Source of the DNA: Podarcis muralis
Taxonomy: Eukaryota
Length of the DNA: 64,000 nucleotides
Assembly: GCF_964188315.1 (NCBI RefSeq)
Contig: NC_135661.1
Span: 62,558,001-62,622,000, forward strand
Reading direction: 5' to 3'
The position numbers and the translations under genes are program-made. Under the pieces are notes generated by a model that saw only the letters and a list, made by a program, of their open reading frames with translations, did no database searches and had not been told where the DNA came from. Within the stretch, counting starts at the first letter, position 1; each line of letters begins with the position of its first letter. Below, piece by piece: positions 47,241 through 58,271 of this stretch.

Positions 47241-49936
47241 AGTTTGAAAATGTTGTACGTTGGCACATTTCCTTCAATATATTAAAAAAAGTATTTTTGC
47301 TGAGCCTTTGGGAGTATAAAATTTATGTAAAATGGAGATGATTAGATAGTCAATTCAAGGGTATACAGCTAATAAGCTAGTATTCCTTTAAGTGGTCAAG
47401 AGTCTTGTTTTAAACAGCCCATTCTGCCCTTTATTCCCCCTCCTCCTGAGAAATATCTTGCAAAATAGTTCATCCGGGTCACTGGCCCCTTGCATATTTT
47501 AAATTTTGCGAGATGTTTGTGTGTGTGGCTATGCTCATTAATATCCCTGAAACACAAATATTTTGGCTAGCCTAATCACTCTGATTTAGAGGTCATCGGG
47601 AGTAATATTTCTGTCCAGCTCTAGAGCATTTTAAATTGCAAGGCTCCTTATCCGGGCTGAACGTACAGTCTGTGAACATTTGGAAAAGAATCTGCCACAG
47701 AACAGATGCTTGGTCTAGAAGCCGCCTCCAGGCCCAAGAATTACCCTGTAGCGCAACAAAAGCAGGTTCAGAAATAAGCCAGAACATTTATTGTGTAAAA
47801 AGGTACAGGATTTCAGCAGGAATTTGCAGGTGATGCGTTGATTGGAAACAAAGGAGTATGTCCACCACACTTTTGCAGGTACAAAGGACTCAGCTATACA
47901 GCTGCAAATAAAACATTTAAGTGCAATATACAATGTGACACTAGATGGCAATGGTGAGCCTTATGGAAAATTCAATGTATTTTTTTAAAACACTCTTTAA
48001 AAAAGCATTTTCAGAATGGTTTTTATACGTGTGTGGATTCCACCAAAGTGTCCTGAAAGTGGAATCATGAGTAGCCGCTCCAATACCAACATGAATGCAA
48101 ATAATGATGAATGCATGATTAAAAGGGCTTTTGGAGCCCCCCTCCCCCATCTCTCTGCCTCCAAGGGGTAAACAAAGTCTTTTTTCTCACCAGGTCAGAC
48201 TCTCCTGCTGGAAGACTTTGTACTATCATCTCTAACAAACTCCAGCACACCACAGATGCCAATCCACGGTCCAGAAGAACACTGACTTGAGGATAATCTT
48301 TCATGCTCAAGCAGGATAATATCCAAGTCTTTTCTGGAAACTGAAACTGATTGCCAACTTGGGGGATTATGTCATGTACATTAAACATATAATTTCTATA
48401 CATTCAGGCTTCCACTCTCAGTTTGGAAAGTGACCCTGGTTATGATGAATAGATTTTGGCTGAAATACAGGATTGAATTTGGATACATCTCTGGAATGAC
48501 TGCTTGGTTTTTACAACAGTCGCTGTGATCACAATCTCAAGCAATTGTTGTTCTGGCTTCACTTCTACACGGGTGTGGAGCTGAAGGAAGCTGCTGCCAG
48601 CCAAACATTGGAGTCCGAGTATAATGGTAAGAGCCGGGATGGGGAACTTCCAGCCCATGGGCTAGATGTGGTTCAGGGGGGGATCTGCCCCTGGCCCATG
48701 GACTAACTTCCTCACCCTGCCCCCAATGAAGCCAATGGGAGGCTATTTTTGTCATGACCCTTGCATCTAGCAGTGATCCAGGCAGGTTCAAGGCTCAGAG
48801 CTGGAAGATATGGAAATAGTATGTTAGACTGTTCAGCAGGGGTCACCAGCTTTCCTAGGCCAGTGGGCACATTCGGAATTTTGAGAAAGTGCCATGACAC
48901 CAGTCCCAAAATGGCTGCCATGGAGTGGCATAACACAAAATGGATGCAGAAAGAGAGACAGGCATTGTCTACACTGACTGGCAGTAGTTCTCCTGGGTTT
49001 CAGGCAGTGCTCCCTTCACAGCCCTACCTGGAGATGTCAGGGTTTGAACTTGAGACCTTCTGCACGCAAAGCAGATACGGTCATTGCAGGTTGGGATGTA
49101 ATCCAGATCACATCCACTCCCCCCCTCCCAACTCTGGCTAAAAACACCAGCTGGGTCTGATCGGATCTGACAGTGCCACAGTTCCTTGCCATCTGCTTTT
49201 TCTCTGTGCCAGACAGCAGGAATGGCTATGAAGTAATGGATGGCCAACACGTAGCGCATGGAAAACTCCAGAAGTCTGCTGGGGGGGATCTAGCTGCCTC
49301 CCCCATTGCCCCCCGCAGCTGCTTAGATGAGAAGCCAGGACTTCTGGCATATCCATAACTTGACGAGACCCTTGGAGCCTGAGCTTGGCCAAAAGGAACT
49401 AGAGTCAACGTGCTTTGGCCTGTTCCTCACCCACAATGGAAACTGCAGTTTTACTGTCAGCATTTTCTGTAGGTGAGAAAGAAAGGCTTCCACCTGCGTA
49501 AAAAGGAAAACAAAAGCCCCAAGAGCCATCCATCAGGCTGATAGTTTCCAGCTAAAGTTCCAAATGGCTGCATAGGGGAGAACAAGCAAAGGAATGGAGG
49601 CAGCTGGAGCAAAAAAGAGAGGGGTCAGGGCACGCCATTCAGCTGTGGGGTGAGCCCAGCTGCAGTGCAGAAATGTCAGGTGTGGAAACCAGTTACTGAC
49701 TCAGCCATCACTCTTCTCCCTCCTCTACACTTCAAGGTGGGCTGCCTGCCATATGTATATGAATTAGCACTGCATTATCATTTGTGTGTGGTATGTTCAT
49801 CAGCTTATTCATTTTAATTTTTTTCAAGAAAAATGTAAGGAGAGCCCTGCTGCCAGTGGCCCATCTAGTTCAGCATCTTGTTCTCATAGTGGCCAAACAG
49901 GCCCCCCACTCCTGATTCCCAGCAATGGATGTAAAG

Positions 49937-50212
49937 TGTTAAGTTATGGGTGTTAAGTTGTGGGTGAACATATCAGACGACACAGCGATTCTTCAAACAG
50001 TTCTTATTTATTCAGAGGCCAGAACAGAACTGAACTGAAGGGTTTAGCCAGGCTGCTTATATAGAGCTCCACTAGAACGCAACAGTAACCATTTTCTGTA
50101 ACTATCCAATCACTGAACGTCACTTTCAATCCCTTATTTGCATATGTGGACCTGAACTATCTACAGTATCCCCCTGCTGGCCAGCCCAGGATGAGAACTT
50201 CAGTACATAACA
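49937..50212 (-). mobile_element. Short solo LTR
   Basis: TGTT...AACA termini; flanks TAAAG/TAAAA (imperfect 5-bp TSD). Minus-strand TATATAA near 50057-50063 followed by AATAAA near 50007-50012. Confidence 0.6.
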
Positions 50213-50822
50213 TAAAAGTTACCTTTGTACATTAGGCTACTTTTTATACACACCCCTCTTTGCCCTCCATTCACCAAGCAAGTCTTCATCAGAGTTCAAG
50301 GACACCTTCCAGCCAGGTAAAAGCAATAAAGGACGGTGTGAAGCAGGGCGGGTGATAGGTACGGTATGTCCAGAGGAGAGTCAAAAGGGCCACACAGAGA
50401 GGCTGAAACGGACACATTCAGTAATGTTTACAATAAGTCAATTCTCTTTATTACTTCTCTCAGTTGCTGCCACTCATCCACATCTAAAAGCCTCTGCTGC
50501 TCCCATATATGTTTTGAGAGGGGAGGCAGCTGAATTTTTCTTCCATCGTTGGTGCTCAGATCAATAATTCCCAGGGGACAACGCAACAAGGTTTGTGTGG
50601 ACCACCATCAGCACTCGTGCGCTATCATTACGAGCTGGGAGAGAACAAAGCCAAGACCATCTTTGCTTGAGCAAAGGAGAGTTCACCCATCACCTGTGGT
50701 GATGGTCATTTAAAAATGTATCATTTTATAGTTTTTTGTGAGAATAGCAATTTATATTTTAAACTCCTAAACCTCACAGCTTCTGAGCATAGCAGCAAAG
50801 GGCAAGCGTAGGAAAGAAAGTA

Positions 50823-51074
50823 CAGTGGTACCTTGGTTTATGAACTTAATCCGTTCCGGAAGTCCGTTCTTAAACCAAAGCGTTCTTAAACCAAGGCGTA
50901 CTTTTTCATAGCAGTGGGGGACTCAATTTACAAATGGAACACACTCAACAGAAAGCGAAACATGTTCTTATTCCAAGGCAAAGTTCACAAACCAAAACAC
51001 CTACTTCCGGGTTTGCAGCATTCTTAATCCAAGTTGTTCATAAACTAAGCTGTTCTTAAACCAAGGTACCACTG
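50823..51074. mobile_element. Tigger-like MITE
   Basis: CAGTGGTACCTTGGTT / AACCAAGGTACCACTG, TA TSD. Confidence 0.88.
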
Positions 51075-54000
51075 TACTTCTTTGCCTGTTTGACAGTTCT
51101 CTGTATTGGACTGACAATTAAAAATACCACAGAAACGCGACCAGAGTGGCTCAAAGTCTTGCTTGCTGCTGTGATGTGTGGATAATGTAACTACACTAAC
51201 AAAACCAATCCAAAATCCATTCCCAACCAAACTAATCTGATATACATAGATATATTTAAATGCTATTTGCAGCATCAGCAAAAACCAAGTTGCATCTGTG
51301 TTTTCTCTGTAGTGTTCACCCCCATTTATGCCATTATCCCCTTCAGCTCTCCCTTCCCCAGAGGAAACTGACTGAGAGGAGGAACTCACCCATCACCCCC
51401 ATCTCTGGAAATTCTCATTATGTTTTCAATCCCACTCATTATTTTGGAGGGGAAGGGGAGGGTATGCATTGATTTGGCATTCCTTCTTCCTTATGCTGTT
51501 TTCGTCAAGCACAAAAAGGACCCCACCTATTTTAAAAGCCCCATAAATTACAGAGAAACATTTCCCCCCCCCCCATGTAACAGCAAGGCCCCTTGGCTAT
51601 ATTAATGGTGGTATTGCAGCCTTCTGCCACTCTTCAAAGACCAGGGAACATTCCTTGGCTGCACAAGAGAAAAAGGTGAGCCATTGTTGATTTGCAAAGC
51701 CCTAAAGTATCCTGGGTTAAATCCAGTGATAAACAGAAATCCCCCAAGTTAAACATTTGGGAGTCAAGAGTATCCGTTCAGTATAAGCACCAACTGCAGC
51801 TTAAAGCGCAGCTATGAAGTGCCGTTTGGGGTGGGCCCCTCATCCAGGGGACTGGCAAGATAGTTTTTCTGTTCAGCTTTTCTGTCACCCAGAAAGGCAG
51901 TGGGATAGTTGGGTAATTACCCAACTTTGGACTTGAACGGTCTTATGAACAACAACTCCTCTAATCACTATCCTCATCATCTACAATTTTAAAAGATAAG
52001 ATGGTTCCTATCTGCAGGCTCACAATCTAGTAGGCATGATACAAAAGGAAAATGGAAAGGAAAGCAGAGGGAAAACAGGCATAAGAGCAACTGAGCTAAC
52101 ACCAGGAAAGGGAAGGAGCCAAACCAGTTTCCCTCTTGCCATGAAGCTGCCCTGTACAAAATGGCAGCTCTGTATTGGTCCATCTAGCTCCGCAGATCTA
52201 CCAATCTGGTGGCAGCAGCTCTCCAGAACTGCAGTCATTGTTCTCTCCTAGTCACATTTGGAGATGAGTGTGATTGAATCATTTAGATGGCTGAGTTGGG
52301 ATTTGAACCCTGGTCTACCTAGGCCCTAGTCCAACTCACTAACCACTACACCACACCGGCTCACAAAATTAAACTGGTTTTGGATGCGGATTTTGGACGG
52401 CTGTGGTATGAAGTAAACACACAGCCTTCTGCCCCTCTGGCACCCATCTCCTTTCTCTGCTCTGAAACATGCGTCCTCGGGTGCGAGGCCTTGCTCTGAG
52501 GTTATCAAAGCCATGGGATGAATTTGCAACCTCACACCACCACACTTTATTAATAGAGGCAGCTCTGCCTTTCCTATCTATAGGAGACAGTTGTGCCCCT
52601 GTCATGCCAAACAGCTGTCACAGAAGACTATGGCAAATGTCACCCATCAAATGCTTGTGATAGCTTTCCTTGAAAGCAGCAAGGAGGTGTCATAAATTTG
52701 CTCGTGATTATGCAAAGCAGGCCCCTCTCTAGGGTTGCCTTCAGACTGTCCATCTTTTGCAGGATGGATTTGGGTTAGTATAATTAAAGTGGATTACAGT
52801 GCTCTAGTGCAATAAATCCCGTCCTGCCCCCTTTTAAAGGAATGTTGCAATTAGAAAAGTGATGAGGAAGAACTGAAAGTGTGAGATGAACAATTAACTG
52901 GGATGATTAACCATCACACAATCAAATCAGAATGAATTTTGAATGAACGTTATATAACTTAAATCAGAAAAAAATGCTCAATAAAGACTGTCCATTGTGA
53001 TGGAGAATGGTTGGGGATGGGGAAAATCATGGGATTTATTTTTTTGACTCAGCACTAAATATTAAGAAATAAGTTTCTCCTCTTAAGAAAAGCACACAGT
53101 TGAATATCGCCCAGGAGTATCAACCACTTGGGAAAGTACGAGAGTGTAAAAAAGAGGTATCACTTGGGTTTAAGGAATTCTGTTCTTTTCTCTGTCACTA
53201 CAAAATCCTTTGCTCCTCCCAAATAAGCCCCACTGGCACAGATACACCTTTCACGAGAAAGGAGACTCTGCTCCTGTTTAATAGGCAGGAGTACAGGAAG
53301 CTGCCTTACACTAATTTGGCCCACAAATTCATCTAGTCAGGACAGACCCAATACATTTTGCTGCCTGAGGCCGAGCGGCAAATGGTTCTCCATGCCTCCC
53401 CCTCCAGCTCATGGTGCATAACATCTGAGGCCAGTCAAGTAATTTTGGCACCTGAGGCAGAGCTCCCCACAAGTGCCTATCACCCTCCTTGGGAGTACAA
53501 CTACAATAATAAGAAATTAAACAACTGACAATTTGCTGCCCCTATTATGACATCCAAAAGAAGCTGTCTGAGGCGGCTAATTCAGTTTGTCTAATGGTAT
53601 GGCTGGCGCTGCATCTAGCTCAGTACTATACTGACTGGCAGTGGTTTCCAGAGTTTCAGACAGGAGATGTCAAGGATTGAACCTGGGATCATTTGCATGC
53701 AAACCATGACCATAACATCCTATTTCTTACAGTAGCCAATCATATAGCCCAGGAAAGCCCAGAAGCAGAGCATGAAGGCAATAGCTTACTCCTGCTCCCC
53801 AGCAACTGTTATTTTACAGAGACCTTATGACTACAGTAGTAGACACTGGTAGATCTATTCTCTATTTATTCATCTAATCCACTTTTAAAACTACCTAAGC
53901 CAATCATGACATCCAGAGGCAGCAAAATTCATAAAGTAAATTATGTACTGTGAAATAGTATGTTTCAATGATATCAGTTTCACTTAGGGTTAAATTAAAC

Positions 54001-54499
54001 AAACAGTCAATGTGATTTGCCTCTCCTCCTCCTCAACTTCCATTATTAGTTGGCAGAGCTGCACCGATGTCACACCACATATTGTATCATACACTACAAA
54101 CATTCTGCTTCTTCTTGGCCCTTAAAAACCCCACAGTATTTTTCTTAACTATTTTAAAAATAAATAAATTTAAGGGGGGGGGGATAACAAACAAATGTGC
54201 CATTTAGAAAAGAAATGCATTATGGCTTTTAGTGGTCCAAGATTACCCAGAAAAAAGAAGATCCTATAACAAAAAATGTTGTTACAATGTCCTTAGTATA
54301 TTTAATATAGGCCTGCTTTCTTTAGGACTGTGTTCCCTCCAAGGCAGATTTCACAGAAAACAGCTCCCACCTCTGGACTGAAGTTAGATCAGACTGAGAC
54401 TTAACTTTGTGAGCCATGTTGGGAATTGAAGCCATATGATCTCATCATACAGATGGAAAAGTAAGCAAGGGCAATAGGATCCACATTTCTTGTTTACAC

Positions 54500-56787
54500 T
54501 GGAGTAAGGACCTAACAGAAACAGAAGACATCAAGAAGAGTTGGCAAGAATACACAGAGGAATTATACCAGAAAGATATGGATGTCTCGCACACCCCAGG
54601 TAGTGTGGTTGCTGACCTTGAGCCAGACATCCTGGAGAGTGAAGTCAAATGGGCCTTAGAAAGCACTGCTAATAACAAGGCCAGTGGAAGTGATGATATT
54701 CCAGCTGAACTATTAAAAATTTTCAAAGATGATGCTGTTAAGGTGCTACATTCAATATGCTAGCAAGTTTGGAAAACTCAGCAGTGGCCAGAGGATCGGA
54801 GAAGATCAGTCTACATCCCTGTAGTAAGCAGGGCTATCCACTCCCCCCAGACACTGGCAGGACTTGGCCAGGAAGGGGGAGAGAATGCTAGGTGTTCAAA
54901 TCACAAGCCAAACGGTAGAGCTGCCACCACCTCCTTTCCTGGACCACCCTCGAATGGGGTTCAAGAAGGAGAAACCCCCCCCCTCGATATTTACCAGGTT
55001 TGCCCAGCCCTGAGTAACTTTACCGTCACACAGACAGAAATTCAACAGGTAGGTGTCCAAAAGGTAAGCACCAGTTTAGCTTTGAGCAAAGGCACAAAGT
55101 CAAAAAGTCCTTTCCAAGTTTATTGAAAAAGCCACTCAAAAAGTTGCACATTTCTTAGGTTACAGACAAAAAAATAAAAACATTGTAAAATATAATTAAG
55201 TAAAACCATACTCACACAGCAACAATAGTTCAAAACACAGAGATTAGTCAAGAGTCCTTGCACTGGTCAAACACCCCCAGGCAAAGTACCCGGGTGTACA
55301 AATCAGATAACATCTCATCCTGCCTAGAGTCAAGATGTAATTGACTCACACCTCTAGAGACAGGGAGCTTTACATTTAAAGAGACCAAACACCCATTCCC
55401 CAGTAAGCCACAGTTTTATCTCTTCCACAATGCCTCACTCCCATGTGAACCAGCACCCGACACACCAAGATTTCCCAACTTCACTACAATCCCAATCCCA
55501 AAGAAGGGCAGTGCCAAAGAATGCTCCAACTACCGCACAATTGCACTCATTTCACACGCTAGCAAGGTTATGCTTAAAATTCTACAAGGCAGGCTTAAGC
55601 AGTATGTAGACCGAGAACTTCCAGAAGTGCAAGCTGGATTTCGAAGGGGCAGAGGAACCAGAGACCAAATTGAAAACATGCGCTGGATTATGGAGAAAGC
55701 TAGAGAGTTCCAGAAAAACATCTACTTCTGCTTCATTGACTATGCAAAAGCATTTGACTGTGTCAACCACAGCAAAGTTCTTAAATAAATGGGAGTGCCT
55801 GATCACCTCATCTGTCTCCTGAGAAATCTCTATGTGAGACAAGAAGCTACAGTTAGAACTGGATATGGAAAAACTGATTAGTTCAAAATTGGGAAAGGAG
55901 TATGACAAGGCTGTATATTGTCTCCCTGCTTATTTAACTTATATGCAGAATTCATCATGCGAAAGGCTGGACTGGATGAATCCGAAGCTGGAATTAAGAT
56001 TGCCGGAAGAAATATCAACAACCTCAGATATGCAGATGACACAACCTTAATGGCAGAAATTGAGGAGGATTTAAAGAACCTTTTAATGAGGGTGAAAGAA
56101 GAGAGCGCAAAATATGATCTGAAGCTCAACATCAAAAAAACTAAGACTGGGCCCATCACCTCCTGGCAAATAGAAGGGGAAGAAATGGAGGCAGTGAGAG
56201 ATTTTACTTTCTTGGGCTCCATAATCACTGCAGATGGTGACAGCAGTCACGAAATTAAAAGATGCCTGCTTCTTGGGAGAAGGGCAATGACAAACCTAGA
56301 CAGCATCTTAAAAAGCAAAGACATCACCTTGCCAACAAAGGTCTGTATAGTTAAAGCTATTTTCCCCGGTAATGATGTATGGAAGTGAGAGTCGGACCAT
56401 AAAGAAGGCTGATCGCCAAATAATTGATGCTTTTGAATTATGGTGCTGGAGGAGACTCTTGAGAGTCCCATGGACTGCAAGAAGAACAAACCTATCCATT
56501 CTTAAGGAAATCAGCCCTGAGTGCTCACTGGAAGGACAGATCCTGAAGCTGAGGCTCCAATACTTTGGCCACCTCATGAGAAGAGAAGACTCCCTGGGAA
56601 AGACCCTGATGCTGATAAGATTGAGGGCACTAGGAGAAGGGGACAATAGAGGACGAGATGGTTGGACAGTATTCTCGAAACTACCAGCATGAGTTTGACC
56701 AAACTGCGGGAGGCAGTGGAAGACAGGAGTGCCTGGCGTGCTCTGGTCCATGGGGTCACAAAGAGTCGGACACGACTAAACAAACAA
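54500..56787 (+). mobile_element. 5'-truncated Bov-B (RTE) LINE, degenerate RT, interrupted by a solo LTR
   Basis: RT-like frames MLKILQGRLKQYVDRELPEVQAGFRRGRGTRDQI...FIDYAKAFD and INNLRYADDTTL, with stops and frameshifts. Canonical 3' end gggtcacaaagagtcggacacgactaaac. Confidence 0.92.
54821..55488 (-). mobile_element. Solo LTR (668 bp) nested in Bov-B
   Basis: TGTAGT...ACTACA termini, 5-bp TSD ATCCC (54816-54820, 55489-55493). Removing it restores the Bov-B sequence ctacatcccaatcccaaag. Minus-strand AATAAA near 55099-55104. Confidence 0.85.
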
Positions 56788-57479
56788 GGCAATGCACTAT
56801 GGCAAGGGGTAAAGGAAATTGTGGTCCAGACATATCTGGAGGGCCACAGGTTTCCCACCTCCACATTAAGACAGAACAAGGTCGTCACCTGGTGTTGGGT
56901 GTTATGAAAAGGGCAGCAAACTGTCCTTGTTTCATGGTTGTTGTTGGTCTTGAATGCATTAAGTATTTTATTTGTCATGGGAATCAACATAAGCAGGACA
57001 CTTCCTTCTCAGTGCTTTAAGTCCCCACCCACTCATATTTATTTAATATTTAAGTCACAGGTTAGTAGCAACATTGTATCAGTGAAGTCATTTCTAAGAG
57101 TGGCGAAATCATCACCATGTTGTGATGGTGTTACCAATAATAGTAGTATTTTAGGATTTAAAATTTAAAAAAAATATATTCCTAAAAAAACTCCAACAAC
57201 TATTCCAAAATCACATTTTTGCAGTGAAAATTATTTCCTTCTTATTTTAGTTTCTAGGTGGATACTCTGCTGTCCGAGCACAGGGAAGCTAAAATCTTGT
57301 CTTTCTCTATTGATGTCTATGACTATGACCTTTGTTCTGCCCCCAGGAACAAAAACACTGATTCTCCCATTTAACCCGCAAATGACCCGTCGAGAAAATA
57401 ACATGGTTTACTCTACATCTTTTCTTACGTCTGCGAAATGTGGAGCCGCTCTACGCGTCCCGTTTTTCTACTGCTCAGC

Positions 57480-58060
57480 TTCACATTGGTAACCGAGCAC
57501 GGCTCTATGGCATTTTGCAAAGCGGCTACAGGAGCATGCTGGGAGCTGTAGTACAGCGTCGTCTCCCGGGCCTTCTCCAAAGCATGCTGGGTAGGGAATC
57601 AAACCGCCCTTTGCCAAACGCAACCGTCTAAATACAGTGTACTGTAGTTTTGCGCGAAGCCTCTAGCTTCCCGGCATGCCGCGCGAGAGAAACGGGAACA
57701 GGGCGTCCGCGCGGTGCACCTTGGGGGTAGTAGTTCTGTTCCCAGGGTGGGAGGAGCGGCGTCGACTTAAAAGTCAAGGCCGGGCGGTTTCCTTCCCCCT
57801 CTGAGGATTGTCGTACCGATCGCCGCGGCCCGTTTTTCGCAAACCGCCGGGCTGAGGAGACCGACGACAGCGGAGGAGGCAGAATGGCGCGGCAGGGCAG
57901 CCGCGGGGGCGCGGAAAGCAAGAAAATGGTAATGGCGGTGGGGGGAGTCGAGGGGGCGGCGGCAGGTCCTGAGGAGGAAGGGAGCCCTGAGGGGCGGGAG
58001 GGAGACGCCTCCGCCATGGACAGCTAGGAGGCTTAGCGGAGAGGCTTAACTTCTACCTTG
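57480..58060 (+). promoter_or_regulatory. CpG-island promoter and probable first exon of an unidentified gene
   Basis: High CpG/GC. ZNF143/THAP11-type motif GCATGCTGGGAGCTGTAGT at 57534-57552 with related half-sites; YY1-like ATGGCG motifs; candidate donor ATG|GTAATG at 57928/57929. Strand is inferred. Confidence 0.65.
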
Positions 58061-58224
58061 TGCGTTTTCCTCCCACCCTGAATAGGGCCATGTTTGTTCC
58101 TTCATTCCTCCTCTTATTAGCTTACCTCTGTTGAAGGCACGAAAGAGGATAAAGTCCGAATAAAACTATCCCGAAAGAGCGGGTTTGCTCGCTTCAGTTA
58201 CCCCAAGACAGGCAGCTGCTGCTG

Positions 58225-58225
58225 C

Positions 58226-58270
<45 letters not shown>
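58225..58270. repeat. (TTA)n microsatellite
   Basis: Directly visible. Confidence 0.95.

Positions 58271-58271
<1 letters not shown>

Noticed and set aside
52690-52960. Repeat-free, motif-rich stretch resembling a conserved non-coding element, with a TGATGA...CTGA pair
   Set aside because: Conservation cannot be judged without alignments, and the C/D-like boxes are only about 6 nt apart, too close for a snoRNA.
55570-56692. Reverse-transcriptase ORFs
   Set aside because: Fragmented by stops and frameshifts, 5'-truncated and LTR-interrupted; a dead Bov-B, not a gene.
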